From an uncultured Oscillibacter sp. (GTDB lineage Bacteria; Bacillota; Clostridia; Oscillospirales; Oscillospiraceae): DNA of 61,049 nucleotides. The notes under the pieces are model-generated. The model worked only from the letters and a program-made list of their open reading frames with translations. It searched no databases and was not told where the DNA came from. This document shows positions 8,993 through 17,880 of the stretch, in pieces (within the stretch, counting starts at the first letter, position 1; each line of letters starts with the position of its first letter). Location of the stretch: assembly GCA_946183175.1 (NCBI GenBank), contig CAMHBH010000001.1, positions 1-61,049 on the forward strand, read 5' to 3'. The translations under genes and the position numbers were made by a program.

Positions 8993-9649
8993 TCAAAGTC
9001 GGCAGTTTGCGCCGGACTTGCGAAGCGTACAAGTTTCGCGCATGGCGCAACAGGCGCAACCCCGGATTCGCGCCCGTTGGGGCCTGTCGGACAGGCCGAT
9101 AATCGCCGTGACGGATTTCGCGGGGTTGAGGGTCATGCTGTCGGTGACGCAGACGCCCAGACGCCGCGACGCGTCGAGCAGAGCGCAGATGTCGCGCTGT
9201 AAGGACAGCAGAACGTCGCCATAGCCGGGGCTGAAACGGTCGGTGAGAAAGCGTCTGGGGAAACGGGCGGAAAGTTCGCGTTCCGCCGTGTCGCAACCCT
9301 CTTCGACGAACGCGCTCCCGCAGGCGTCGAGAATCACGGCCTTCGACATATCCCGGGCCTGTAGGGCGCGGAGGCGGCTGTCGAACCCCGCGCCGAGCGT
9401 GCACAACAGCAAAGCGGCCTCGTCGCAGTCGGACAGCATGGTACAAACGGAGTTGCCGTAGAGGGAGAGGCCCGCGCCGTCGAGACGGAACCCGTCGCCG
9501 TCGGGGCGCAGCGGGAACAGGCGGTAGACGTAGCGCGGCGACAACGCCCGTTGCAGTGTCCGCGCCGTCTCCGACGCCTCCCGCCGCAGAGATTCCGGTA
9601 CGTCTCCCCGCGCGCCCAGATAGCGTAACGTTTCCTGGACGAGTTCCAT
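8993..9649 (-). CDS. Stand-alone methionine synthase reactivation (AdoMet-binding) domain protein
   Basis: ETLRYLG, CTLG, DACGS, RFSPGYGD, PAKSVTAIIG, C-terminal CxxC..C. Confidence 0.88.
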   Translation of the reverse strand: MELVQETLRYLGARGDVPESLRREASETARTLQRALSPRYVYRLFPLRPDGDGFRLDGAGLSLYGNSVCTMLSDCDEAALLLCTLGAGFDSRLRALQARDMSKAVILDACGSAFVEEGCDTAERELSARFPRRFLTDRFSPGYGDVLLSLQRDICALLDASRRLGVCVTDSMTLNPAKSVTAIIGLSDRPQRARIRGCACCAMRETCTLRKSGANCRL

Positions 9650-9699
9650 AGTCCGCCCCTCTCTACAATAAATTTCTATTAAAAACATAGGTAGGTATG

Positions 9700-9728
9700 A
9701 TTTTAACAGCAGTCGCGGCCCGTGTCAA
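9700..9728 (-). promoter_or_regulatory. Sigma-A promoter of the met operon
   Basis: TTGACA-17-TAAAAT with extended TGn. Confidence 0.7.
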
Positions 9729-9739
9729 GCGGGAATCGA

Positions 9740-9774
9740 AGAAACCCCCGGCCCCTGTCCGGGGCGGGGGTCTC
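9740..9774 (-). terminator. Intrinsic terminator after the SLH-GH25 gene
   Basis: Minus strand GAGACCCCCGCCCC-ggaca-GGGGCCGGGGGTTTCT. Confidence 0.65.
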
Positions 9775-9782
9775 CCGGCCTG

Positions 9783-12065
9783 TTATGATTTGGCCTTGAA
9801 CCAGATATTCGCGTCAATCTTCCTGCCGATACCCTCTACGACCGCGCTGTCGGTGTACTGCCAGTAGTCCATCTGGTAGTACAGGTTCGGGTAGGGGTAG
9901 TCGACATCCGTGCCGGGGTACTGCGGGTACCACATCATGTACGGGGCAAGCGCGCCCTGGTCGTACTTGATATAGCATACATAGCGGCTGTTGTAGACCA
10001 TAGGCGTATACCCGGCGGCGGCGACGCGCTTGCAGAACGCCACCGCGCACGCGGTCGCCATTTGGGGCGATGTGCCGTAGACGCGGTAGGAGCTGTCCTG
10101 CATTTCCCAGTCGTAGGAGACCGGGCCGTTGATTTTGTGCCCGCGCAGGAGGGAAATCACGAAGTCTGCTTCCTCGATGGCCTCGGCGATAGTCACGGCC
10201 TGCGCGAAGATGTACGCGCCGGTCTGGATACCCTGCGCCATAGCGCCGTCGATGTTCTGCGCGTAGTAGGCGTCCGCGCGGAGCGCGCCCGTCGACGTGC
10301 CGCGGAGGCCTACGCGAATCATAGCGAACTGTACGCCGTCGGCCTTGGCGGCCTTCCAGTTAATGGTACCGTTGGAGCGGTCGCGGTTCTGGTAGGCGGA
10401 CACGTCCACGCCGAATTTGGCGTCGTAGCGGCCGCCGACGTAGCGGAGGCGGTGCCCGGTACGCCACACGAAGTCGCCCGCGTAGACGTTCCGCGCCCGC
10501 ACGCCCGCGTAGACCGGAATCCGGCTGCCCTGATAGGTGAAATACTGTCCGGTGGTGCGCCCGGGGGTGTAAACGTCCCGGATTGTCCACTGTGAGACGG
10601 GCTTGGTCGGGAGTCCGAAGTCGGGGTTGGTGGGGATGTAGGGCGTGACAGGCGTGGAGGGCGTCGGGGTATTCGTCGGGAGCTGGTTTTCGGGGTTCTC
10701 GGGTATGACGGGCACGGCGGGCGTCGGCGTGTCAACCGGGACTTGGTTTTCCGGATTTTCGGGCGTTGCAGGCGTAGAGGGCCTGGGCGCGGTCGTCTCG
10801 CCGTCGTCTATGGAAGTTTTCCCGGAATCGGAGGTCTTGCCGGAATCGGCAGTCCGTCCGGGGTCTTTGGTGGTCTCGCCGTCGTCGATGGAGCTACGCC
10901 CGGAATCGGAGGTCTTGCCGGAATCGGCAGTCCGCCCGGGGTCTTTGGTGGTCTCGCCGTTGTCGACGGAGGTACGCCCGGAATCGGAAGTTTGTCCGGA
11001 ATCCGTGGTACTGCCGGGGTCGTTAGGCGTCTGCCCGGAATCGGGGTTTCTGGTGGTTCGCCCGGGGTCGTGGGTGGTCTCGCCGTCGTCGATGGAAGTA
11101 CGTCCGGAATCGGACGGCGCGGAGGGCCTGACGGGGTTCGCGGTGGTTTCGCCGTCGTCGACGGAAGTCAGCCAGGAAGCGGGCGTGTTGCCGGTGTCGG
11201 CGGGGACGGTCGGCGCGGGCGGACGCTGTTCGGGTTCCTCCTCCGGCAGTACGGTCGGCGCGGACGTGGAGCGGTATTCGACAGAAGCCGCGTGCGAAAA
11301 GTTACGGGTTTCCCCGCCGATGGTCACGTTGTCGAGCAGTACCGTACTAATGACGCCCGGAGCGACATAGAGGTCGCCCGTGATGTACATGTCGCGGAGC
11401 GTCGCGCCGCCCTGGCTGCTCACCAGTACATTCCCCGCGACATCCTGCGAAAGCGGCGTCTGCGCCGTCACCATGACGCTCATGATGTTGTCGAAAATGC
11501 GCACGACATCGCCGCGGGTAATGGGTTCGTTGGGGCGGAAATAGCCGTCCGCGACGCCCTCCAGATAGCCGCGCTCCGCCATTTCGGACACGGGGCCTTG
11601 GGCGTATCCGGCGATGGTGTCGTCGTCGATATAGTGCGGGAGAATCGAATCGGCGGCGAAGTCGAACGCGCGCGCAATCATGGTGACGGCCTGCTGACGG
11701 GTAATCGGGGCGGCGGGTTCGGCGTAGCCGTTTTCGGCGATGTATATCGCGTTGGCGTGGAGTTTGAGAATGGCGTCCTCCCACTGATTTCCGGCGGTAT
11801 CGCGGAACGTGGAGGCGGGCGACTTCGCGCGAAAGTGCATCATGCGGTCGATGACACCGGCAAAGGCCCCCTTCGTGATGGAATCGTTGGGGTGGAACGT
11901 GCCGTCACCGTAACCGGAAATCAGTCCGTACTCGGTACTCCACTTGTCAATCGCCGCTTCCGAGGGGTGGCCTTGCGTATCCGAAAAGGCGCTGGCCGCC
12001 GTCACGGAGAGGAGCAGAACCAGTAAGCCCGTGAGCAGAGGTTTGAGGCGGTTCAATTTTCCCAT
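9783..12065 (-). CDS. Secreted S-layer-homology protein with repetitive linker and C-terminal GH25 muramidase
   Basis: Signal peptide; three SLH-like motifs (GYGDGTFHPNDSITK, PAAPITRQQ, FRPNEPITRGD); GH25 GVDVSAYQ..YDWE..WQYTD..IDAN. Confidence 0.88.
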   Translation of the reverse strand: MGKLNRLKPLLTGLLVLLLSVTAASAFSDTQGHPSEAAIDKWSTEYGLISGYGDGTFHPNDSITKGAFAGVIDRMMHFRAKSPASTFRDTAGNQWEDAILKLHANAIYIAENGYAEPAAPITRQQAVTMIARAFDFAADSILPHYIDDDTIAGYAQGPVSEMAERGYLEGVADGYFRPNEPITRGDVVRIFDNIMSVMVTAQTPLSQDVAGNVLVSSQGGATLRDMYITGDLYVAPGVISTVLLDNVTIGGETRNFSHAASVEYRSTSAPTVLPEEEPEQRPPAPTVPADTGNTPASWLTSVDDGETTANPVRPSAPSDSGRTSIDDGETTHDPGRTTRNPDSGQTPNDPGSTTDSGQTSDSGRTSVDNGETTKDPGRTADSGKTSDSGRSSIDDGETTKDPGRTADSGKTSDSGKTSIDDGETTAPRPSTPATPENPENQVPVDTPTPAVPVIPENPENQLPTNTPTPSTPVTPYIPTNPDFGLPTKPVSQWTIRDVYTPGRTTGQYFTYQGSRIPVYAGVRARNVYAGDFVWRTGHRLRYVGGRYDAKFGVDVSAYQNRDRSNGTINWKAAKADGVQFAMIRVGLRGTSTGALRADAYYAQNIDGAMAQGIQTGAYIFAQAVTIAEAIEEADFVISLLRGHKINGPVSYDWEMQDSSYRVYGTSPQMATACAVAFCKRVAAAGYTPMVYNSRYVCYIKYDQGALAPYMMWYPQYPGTDVDYPYPNLYYQMDYWQYTDSAVVEGIGRKIDANIWFKAKS
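10790..11170 (-). repeat. In-frame tandem repeats (78-bp / 26-aa period) in the SLH-GH25 linker
   Basis: GTCTCGCCGT at 10795, 10873, 10951; five S(I/V)D(D/N)GETT motifs. Confidence 0.9.
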
Positions 12066-12134
12066 GGCAGTCCTCTCTTTCCAATGGTAATCAGGACGGC
12101 GACGCGTCACGCCGTCCTACAAAGCGTACCGTAT

Positions 12135-12163
12135 ATTATATCGGCTTTTGGACATGGGGTCAA
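12135..12163 (-). promoter_or_regulatory. Sigma-A promoter of the SLH-GH25 gene
   Basis: TTGACC-17-TATAAT. Confidence 0.7.
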
Positions 12164-12290
12164 GCGCGGCGGTTTATTCGTTTTGACGAATCTGCGCGAA
12201 AAACAGTACCGCGACTTTCGCACTTTGCCCAAACTCCGGAAACGCCGACGGCGGCTTTTCGCACGGCGCGGCGGCATAGCAAAAAAAACG

Positions 12291-12319
12291 TGGACAAACG
12301 GCGCGCTTTCGCGTACAAT
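12291..12319 (+). promoter_or_regulatory. Sigma-A promoter of the moxR operon
   Basis: TGGACA-17-TACAAT. Confidence 0.6.
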
Positions 12320-12346
12320 AGGAAATCATCTCGCGGGAGGCTTGGA

Positions 12347-13297
12347 ATGAACAACGACGCACAAAGGGCGGCGGAAGTCGTCCGGCAGGTCGGGGGGGTA
12401 CTTTTCGGCAAGGAACGGGAAATCCGGGAAGTTCTGCTCGCGATTCTGGCCAACGGACACATTCTGCTGGAAGATATCCCCGGCGTGGGCAAGACGACTT
12501 TGGCGATGGCCTTTTCCAGGACGCTGGATTTGGACTACAGGCGCGTCCAGTTTACGCCGGACGTGCTCCCCTCGGATTTGACCGGGTTCTCGATTTACCG
12601 CCGGGAACAGGAGGCCTTTGTCTATCAACCGGGAATCGTATTCTGTAATTTGCTGTTGGCGGACGAACTCAACCGCACGTCGCCGAAAACGCAGTCGGCG
12701 CTACTGGAGGCCATGCAGGAGGGACAGGTCACGGCGGAGGGCGTGACGCGAAAGTTGCCCGCGCCGTTCCTGGTGATTGCCACGCAGAACCCGTTCGGGA
12801 GCGCGGGCACGCAACCCCTGCCCGAATCGGAGGCCGACCGCTTCACGGTGTCGCTGTCGCTGGGCTACCCCGATTTGGACAGCGAAATCTCGATGGCGCG
12901 GGCCGTGGGCCTTACGCGCCCCGTCGACTATTTACGGCCGATATTGTCACGCGACGAGCTCGCCGCGATTCAGGCCGACATTCACGAGGTCTACATGCAC
13001 GAGAAGGTCTACCGCTATCTGGCGGAACTCGTCCGGGCGACGCGGAATCATGTGTCACTGTCGCGGGGGGCGGGGCCGCGCGCCACGATTGCGCTTGTCA
13101 AACTCGCCAAAGCGGCGGCCTGGTACGAGGGCCGCGACTTCGTCACGCCCTCCGACGTGCTCGGGCAGTTCCCGTACGTCGCGGCCCACAGGCTGACGCT
13201 CAGTCCCGACGCCGTCGCGCGGCACATCACCGTAGAGGAGACGCTGCGGCAGATTGCCGGGAGCGTCCGCAAGCCGCCCATCGAGGCCCGCCCATGA
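12347..13297 (+). CDS. moxR: MoxR-family AAA+ ATPase
   Basis: HILLEDIPGVGKT, RVQFTPDVLPSD, LADELNR, ATQNP. Confidence 0.92.
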   Translation: MNNDAQRAAEVVRQVGGVLFGKEREIREVLLAILANGHILLEDIPGVGKTTLAMAFSRTLDLDYRRVQFTPDVLPSDLTGFSIYRREQEAFVYQPGIVFCNLLLADELNRTSPKTQSALLEAMQEGQVTAEGVTRKLPAPFLVIATQNPFGSAGTQPLPESEADRFTVSLSLGYPDLDSEISMARAVGLTRPVDYLRPILSRDELAAIQADIHEVYMHEKVYRYLAELVRATRNHVSLSRGAGPRATIALVKLAKAAAWYEGRDFVTPSDVLGQFPYVAAHRLTLSPDAVARHITVEETLRQIAGSVRKPPIEARP

Positions 13298-14349
13298 CCA
13301 GACAGGGTACGTGGCTGTTACTCGTCGCGCTGACGTGGTACCTGGCGGGGATGTTCCGTACGCTGCCGCTGACGGTGTTGTTGTTGTCGGAGCTGGGCCT
13401 GCTCGTGATTATGGCCGCGCTGTCGGTCTACTTCCGCGCCGCGCTGGACGCCTCTTTCCCGGAGGAGACGACCTTCGGCGAAAAGGAGCTTGACTGCGCC
13501 TGTCGGCTACGCCTGGAAGTGCACGGACGCCTCCCGGTAGGGCGTCCGCGCCTGACGCTGGGGCTGTCCTACCGCGCGCAGAAGCGCAGGAGTACACAGC
13601 GTTTCTACGGCGGCGCGGAGCCCGGGCGCGAAACCGACGTGACGTTTTACGTACGCCCTCCCTACGCCGGGCCGCTCTATATCGAACTCCGGCAGATTCT
13701 GACATGGGACTACCTGTTTCTGTTCCCGGCGAAACGCCGGAAGCGGGAACAAATGTTGCTGGCGGTCTTGCCGCCGCCGAGAGAGGCGCGCATACATTCC
13801 CGTACCCTGTCGGAGATGTCCGGCGGACAGGCGCGGGAGACCGCCCCCGTACCGCTGGACGGCATGTCCCCGGAAGTGCGCGACCTGCGCGAGTACCGCC
13901 CCGGCGATTCCGCGCGCGCGATTCACTGGAAGCTCAGCGCGCGTACCGACCAGCTCTGGAGCCGCGACTACGAGGACGAAAAGGAGGAACGCTTTACCCT
14001 GTTCCTGAACCTGTCGGACAGCGCGCGCATGAGGCCCGAACAGTGGGATACCTTCTACGAGGCGCTGTCGGCGGTACTCCTCGGACTTCTCCGCCACCGC
14101 CACGCCGTGCGGGTGTTCTGGCGCGACGGCGCGAAAGATTTACAGTCGGACGTGTCGGACGCGCAAAGCAGACAGGCGTTTTTCCTACAGCTTTACCTCT
14201 CCGAACCGCCCGACGGAACCCCCGAACCGCGCCTGACCGATTTCGCCTTCGATACGAAACTGCTCTGGACGCGCGGCGCGCAACCCGTATGGCAATTCGA
14301 TTCCGCCGACGCCCTCCGGGAGATTGCCGAACAAACCTTTATTATCTGA
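13294..14349 (+). CDS. DUF58 domain membrane-anchored protein
   Basis: LREYRPGDSARAIHWKLSAR motif; N-terminal TM helices; coupled to moxR. Confidence 0.88.
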   Translation: MTRQGTWLLLVALTWYLAGMFRTLPLTVLLLSELGLLVIMAALSVYFRAALDASFPEETTFGEKELDCACRLRLEVHGRLPVGRPRLTLGLSYRAQKRRSTQRFYGGAEPGRETDVTFYVRPPYAGPLYIELRQILTWDYLFLFPAKRRKREQMLLAVLPPPREARIHSRTLSEMSGGQARETAPVPLDGMSPEVRDLREYRPGDSARAIHWKLSARTDQLWSRDYEDEKEERFTLFLNLSDSARMRPEQWDTFYEALSAVLLGLLRHRHAVRVFWRDGAKDLQSDVSDAQSRQAFFLQLYLSEPPDGTPEPRLTDFAFDTKLLWTRGAQPVWQFDSADALREIAEQTFII

Positions 14350-14393
14350 TGTCCCGAAACGCCTTCGTTATCTGGTGTCCGAAAGGAAACGCT

Positions 14394-16718
14394 ATGTCTA
14401 GAAAAGCCCGAATCGTCGTCCATACGGGCCGGGAGGCCGCCGAACCGCCCGCCCTCGCGCATTTGCTGCTCTTACTCTCCGGCGTCTGCGCCCTGCTCCT
14501 GCCCTCCGCCGACGGCCTCACCTACTCCGTACCCCACACGATACTGCTTGCCGTGTCGCTGTGCGTCTGCCTCTGGTCGGTGGCCCGGATTGGCTGGCGC
14601 TGGGCTGTACTCTGCTCCATGCTCTGCGCGGCCTTCTGGTGCGCCGCCTGCGTCCTCCTGCAAGACGACCTCTCCGTACAGCTCACGGGTGCCGTCCGGC
14701 TCCTGCTCCTCACCCACGACGACGGCTATACCGTGCCCTTCGACCTCGCCGCCGCCCTCCTCGCCGTCTTTCTGGTGTTGCTGTTCTTCAGCAGTGAACT
14801 GCTGATAGGCAGTCATGTCATCCCGTACAGTCTGACGCTGGGCGTCTTCCTGCTCGGGCCGCTGATTGGCCTGCAACCCTCTGTAGAGGCGGCGATTCTG
14901 GCTCTGCTGTTCCAATTCTGCTACTGGGCGATGAACGGCTCCGGCATGCGTCAAAGCGCGTTCGACTTCGCGCTCCCGTCGCGCGCCCGCCTGACCGCCC
15001 TCACCGGCGCGGTCATGTCGCTGACGCTCGCCGGGGTACTCCTCCTCGCCGTGCCGCTGGCCCTGCGCAATGACGAACGCCTCTACGAACCCGCCTACGC
15101 GGCGGAGGGATTCTTAAGGCGTACCGTCAGCCGCCTGAGCGGCTCGGACGCGACACCCGTCACGGGCGGAAGTCTGAACCGGGGCAACCAGTACCCGACG
15201 GGCACGACGCACCTGATTCTCACCGCCGACAGAAGGCCGACGGCCCCCGTCTATTTGCGCGGGTTCTCCGGCGGGGAGTACGGCTACCGGGGCTGGGACT
15301 GGAACATGGAGACGGAAGTGCAGATTTTCCGGGACATGGCGTCGGACAGGCTGACGGGCTGGGACACTTCCCCGGCGGAGACGGAACTGCTCACGGGCGG
15401 AATCTACCGCCAGTTCGACGCCCTCTACTGGCGGCGGAACTCGGGTTCCGGCGACAGTATCCGGCTGGCCGTGCAGAACGGCAACCGCGACTTCCTCGAC
15501 GCCTACAGGCCCTACTACAGCGTCTGGAACGCCGAACGCCTCCGCTTCCTCAACCGCGACATGGACGGCCCCGTATACAGCTTCTACGAGCAGAGCGACC
15601 TTTCCATCGACTGGGACGCCCCCGACGCCCTGACCGACTTGTGGATTGAGAACCATTACTATGAACACTGTCTCGGGCCTTATACACAAGTACCCGTCGA
15701 ACGCCTGCCGCGCCTCGTCAAGCTCTGCCGCGAAAACCCCCTGACGGATACCGACGAAATCACGGCGTTCATCCTGCACACCCTGCAAAGCCGCGCCTCC
15801 TATTCCCTGACGCCCGGCTGGACACCCTTCAACCGGGATACGGTCGAGTATTTCCTGTTCGACAACGGCCTGGGCTACTGCCAGCACTTCGCGTCGGCGG
15901 CGACGCTCATGTACCGCCTCTACGGAATCCCGGCCCGCTACGCCACGGGCTATATCGCGCGGCCCGAGGACTTTTTGAGCGTCCGGGGCATACTCGACAG
16001 CTCCTACCCGACCTTAGACCCCATGGAACTCGCGGAGGGCGCGCAATTCGCGATTCTCAGCGATTTCTCCGCGCACGCCTGGGTTGAAATCTTCCTCCCC
16101 GGCTACGGCTGGACGCCCGTGGAAGTCACCCCCGCCGCCGACGGAAGCATTACGCCGAACTACCCCGGCCTGAATCTGGACTTACTCGCGCAACGCCTCG
16201 CCGAACTCAATTTCTCTTTCCCGACTTCGGACAGGCGGCGTGCTGTCGGCAACCCGGAACAGTCGCTTTTGGCGTCGATGACCGCGGGCATGAGCCGCAA
16301 GGCCCGGAAAACCGTACTCGACGCGCTGAAAGCGCTCCCTCTGCTCCTGCCGGTTCCGGTCGTACTGGGCTTTCTGTACCACAGACGCCGGAGGCTGTCG
16401 CGGTACGCGCGCGCCGACTGCCGGGTGTCGTTCGGGCGACTGCTGTCTATGGCGCGTTTCGCCGGACTGTTGGCCGACTGCGACGGACAGGAGGCCGATT
16501 TCCCGGCGCGGCTGTCGGCGGCGGTGCCGGGGATATCGGAGGCGGACGCGGCGCGGCTGTGCCGGACGGCGGAGGCCGCCGCCTACGGCCCCGGGAGTAT
16601 CCCCGACGAGGCGAACGGCTTCGCCCGCGAACTCTGCCGCCGCGCGGCGGAAAGCCTTTACAGCAAACTTAACATCTGGAAGCGTTTCCTGTTCCGCTGG
16701 TGGCACGCCTACGCATGA
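14394..16718 (+). CDS. Membrane protein with transglutaminase-like domain
   Basis: Multi-TM N-terminus; GYCQHFASA, GIPARYATGY, HAWVEIF..GW; RBS AAAGGA. Confidence 0.88.
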   Translation: MSRKARIVVHTGREAAEPPALAHLLLLLSGVCALLLPSADGLTYSVPHTILLAVSLCVCLWSVARIGWRWAVLCSMLCAAFWCAACVLLQDDLSVQLTGAVRLLLLTHDDGYTVPFDLAAALLAVFLVLLFFSSELLIGSHVIPYSLTLGVFLLGPLIGLQPSVEAAILALLFQFCYWAMNGSGMRQSAFDFALPSRARLTALTGAVMSLTLAGVLLLAVPLALRNDERLYEPAYAAEGFLRRTVSRLSGSDATPVTGGSLNRGNQYPTGTTHLILTADRRPTAPVYLRGFSGGEYGYRGWDWNMETEVQIFRDMASDRLTGWDTSPAETELLTGGIYRQFDALYWRRNSGSGDSIRLAVQNGNRDFLDAYRPYYSVWNAERLRFLNRDMDGPVYSFYEQSDLSIDWDAPDALTDLWIENHYYEHCLGPYTQVPVERLPRLVKLCRENPLTDTDEITAFILHTLQSRASYSLTPGWTPFNRDTVEYFLFDNGLGYCQHFASAATLMYRLYGIPARYATGYIARPEDFLSVRGILDSSYPTLDPMELAEGAQFAILSDFSAHAWVEIFLPGYGWTPVEVTPAADGSITPNYPGLNLDLLAQRLAELNFSFPTSDRRRAVGNPEQSLLASMTAGMSRKARKTVLDALKALPLLLPVPVVLGFLYHRRRRLSRYARADCRVSFGRLLSMARFAGLLADCDGQEADFPARLSAAVPGISEADAARLCRTAEAAAYGPGSIPDEANGFARELCRRAAESLYSKLNIWKRFLFRWWHAYA

Positions 16719-16789
16719 CGAAACGCGCAAAACAACCCTTATTAGCGCTCCTACGCATAGCGAAACAAACCGCGGGGGCATTCGACGAA

Positions 16790-16825
16790 AACAACGGGGA
16801 GACACGCCGTGTCTCCCCGTTTGTT
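16790..16825. terminator. Bidirectional terminator between the transglutaminase gene and era
   Basis: AACAACGGGGAGACAC-gcc-GTGTCTCCCCGTTTGTT. Confidence 0.8.
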
Positions 16826-17729
16826 AGTCGCTGTCGCGGTAGCCGAACGACCGCACCGCGCTGACGCTGTCGCGCCAGTTCTCCTTGACTTTGACCCAAG
16901 TCTGCAAGTAGACCTTCGTGCCCATGAACTTTTCCATGTCGCGCCGCGCGAGGGAGCTTACTTTCTTCAACATGTCGCCGTGTTTGCCGATGATGATGCC
17001 CTTGTGACTGCCCTTCTCGCAGTAAATCACGGCGTCCACGTCCACAATCCCCGACTCCTCCCGCTCCGAAAAGCGGCTGATTTCCACCGCCACCCCGTGC
17101 GGGATTTCCTTGTCCAGACACAACAGCAGTTTTTCGCGCAGCAGTTCGCCCATGACCTGCCGCTCCGGCTGGTCGCTCGTCTGCCCGTCCGGGAACAGTT
17201 GCGGCCCCTCCTCGGCGTACTTCCGGATTTCGTCACAGAGTTCGTCGAGGCCCTCCCCCGTCCGCGCCGATATCGGGAGAATCGCCTTGAATCCGTCCCA
17301 AGCCTCGTTGTACGCCGCCATAACCGGGAGTAACGACGCCTTCTCTACGGTGTCGATTTTGTTCACACACAGTATCGCCGGGATTCCCTCCTCCCGGATT
17401 CGCGCTATCAGCGCTTCCTCCGGCCCGCCTACGTGCGCGATAGGTTCCACCAACAGTAACGCGCAGTCCACGCCCTCCAAACTCTCCCGCACGACCTTGA
17501 CCATATACTCCCCCAGCGCGGAACGGGGGCGGTGCAGTCCGGGGGTGTCGAGTAGGACGATTTGCGTGTCGCCGCGGGCGAGTACGGCGCAGACGCGGTT
17601 CCGCGTCGTCTGGGCCTTGTTCGACACGATGGCGATTTTCTCCCCTACCAGCGCGTTCGTCAGGCTGGATTTCCCCACGTTGGGCCGCCCGCACACCGTC
17701 ACCATTGCCGTTTTCCGAATTTCCGACAT
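16824..17729 (-). CDS. era: GTPase Era
   Basis: GRPNVGKS, QTTRN, DTPG, NKID, KH domain IIIGKHG..WVKVKENWR. Confidence 0.96.
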   Translation of the reverse strand: MSEIRKTAMVTVCGRPNVGKSSLTNALVGEKIAIVSNKAQTTRNRVCAVLARGDTQIVLLDTPGLHRPRSALGEYMVKVVRESLEGVDCALLLVEPIAHVGGPEEALIARIREEGIPAILCVNKIDTVEKASLLPVMAAYNEAWDGFKAILPISARTGEGLDELCDEIRKYAEEGPQLFPDGQTSDQPERQVMGELLREKLLLCLDKEIPHGVAVEISRFSEREESGIVDVDAVIYCEKGSHKGIIIGKHGDMLKKVSSLARRDMEKFMGTKVYLQTWVKVKENWRDSVSAVRSFGYRDSD

Positions 17730-17754
17730 AGCTTTCACCGTACCTTTCCCGCGC

Positions 17755-17822
17755 AGTGTAGCACATACGCCGCCCGATTGCAAGTTTTGTCACTGGACAG
17801 AACCCGGGCCGCGTTGTATACT
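17755..17822. promoter_or_regulatory. Divergent sigma-A promoters for era and addBA
   Basis: Minus TTGCAA-17-TACACT (17783-17755); plus TGGACA-17-TATACT (17794-17822). Confidence 0.65.
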
Positions 17823-17880
17823 CACCTCACGAACACGATTTTGCGCGCGTTGGAATACGAACACGGAAAGAAGGGAAACC

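Noticed and set aside
12347-16718. MoxR-DUF58-transglutaminase as a novel system
   Set aside because: Well-known widespread gene trio; nothing unusual here
17110-17880. 257-aa N-terminal extension of AddB
   Set aside because: Antisense to era; the promoter and RBS support ATG 17881
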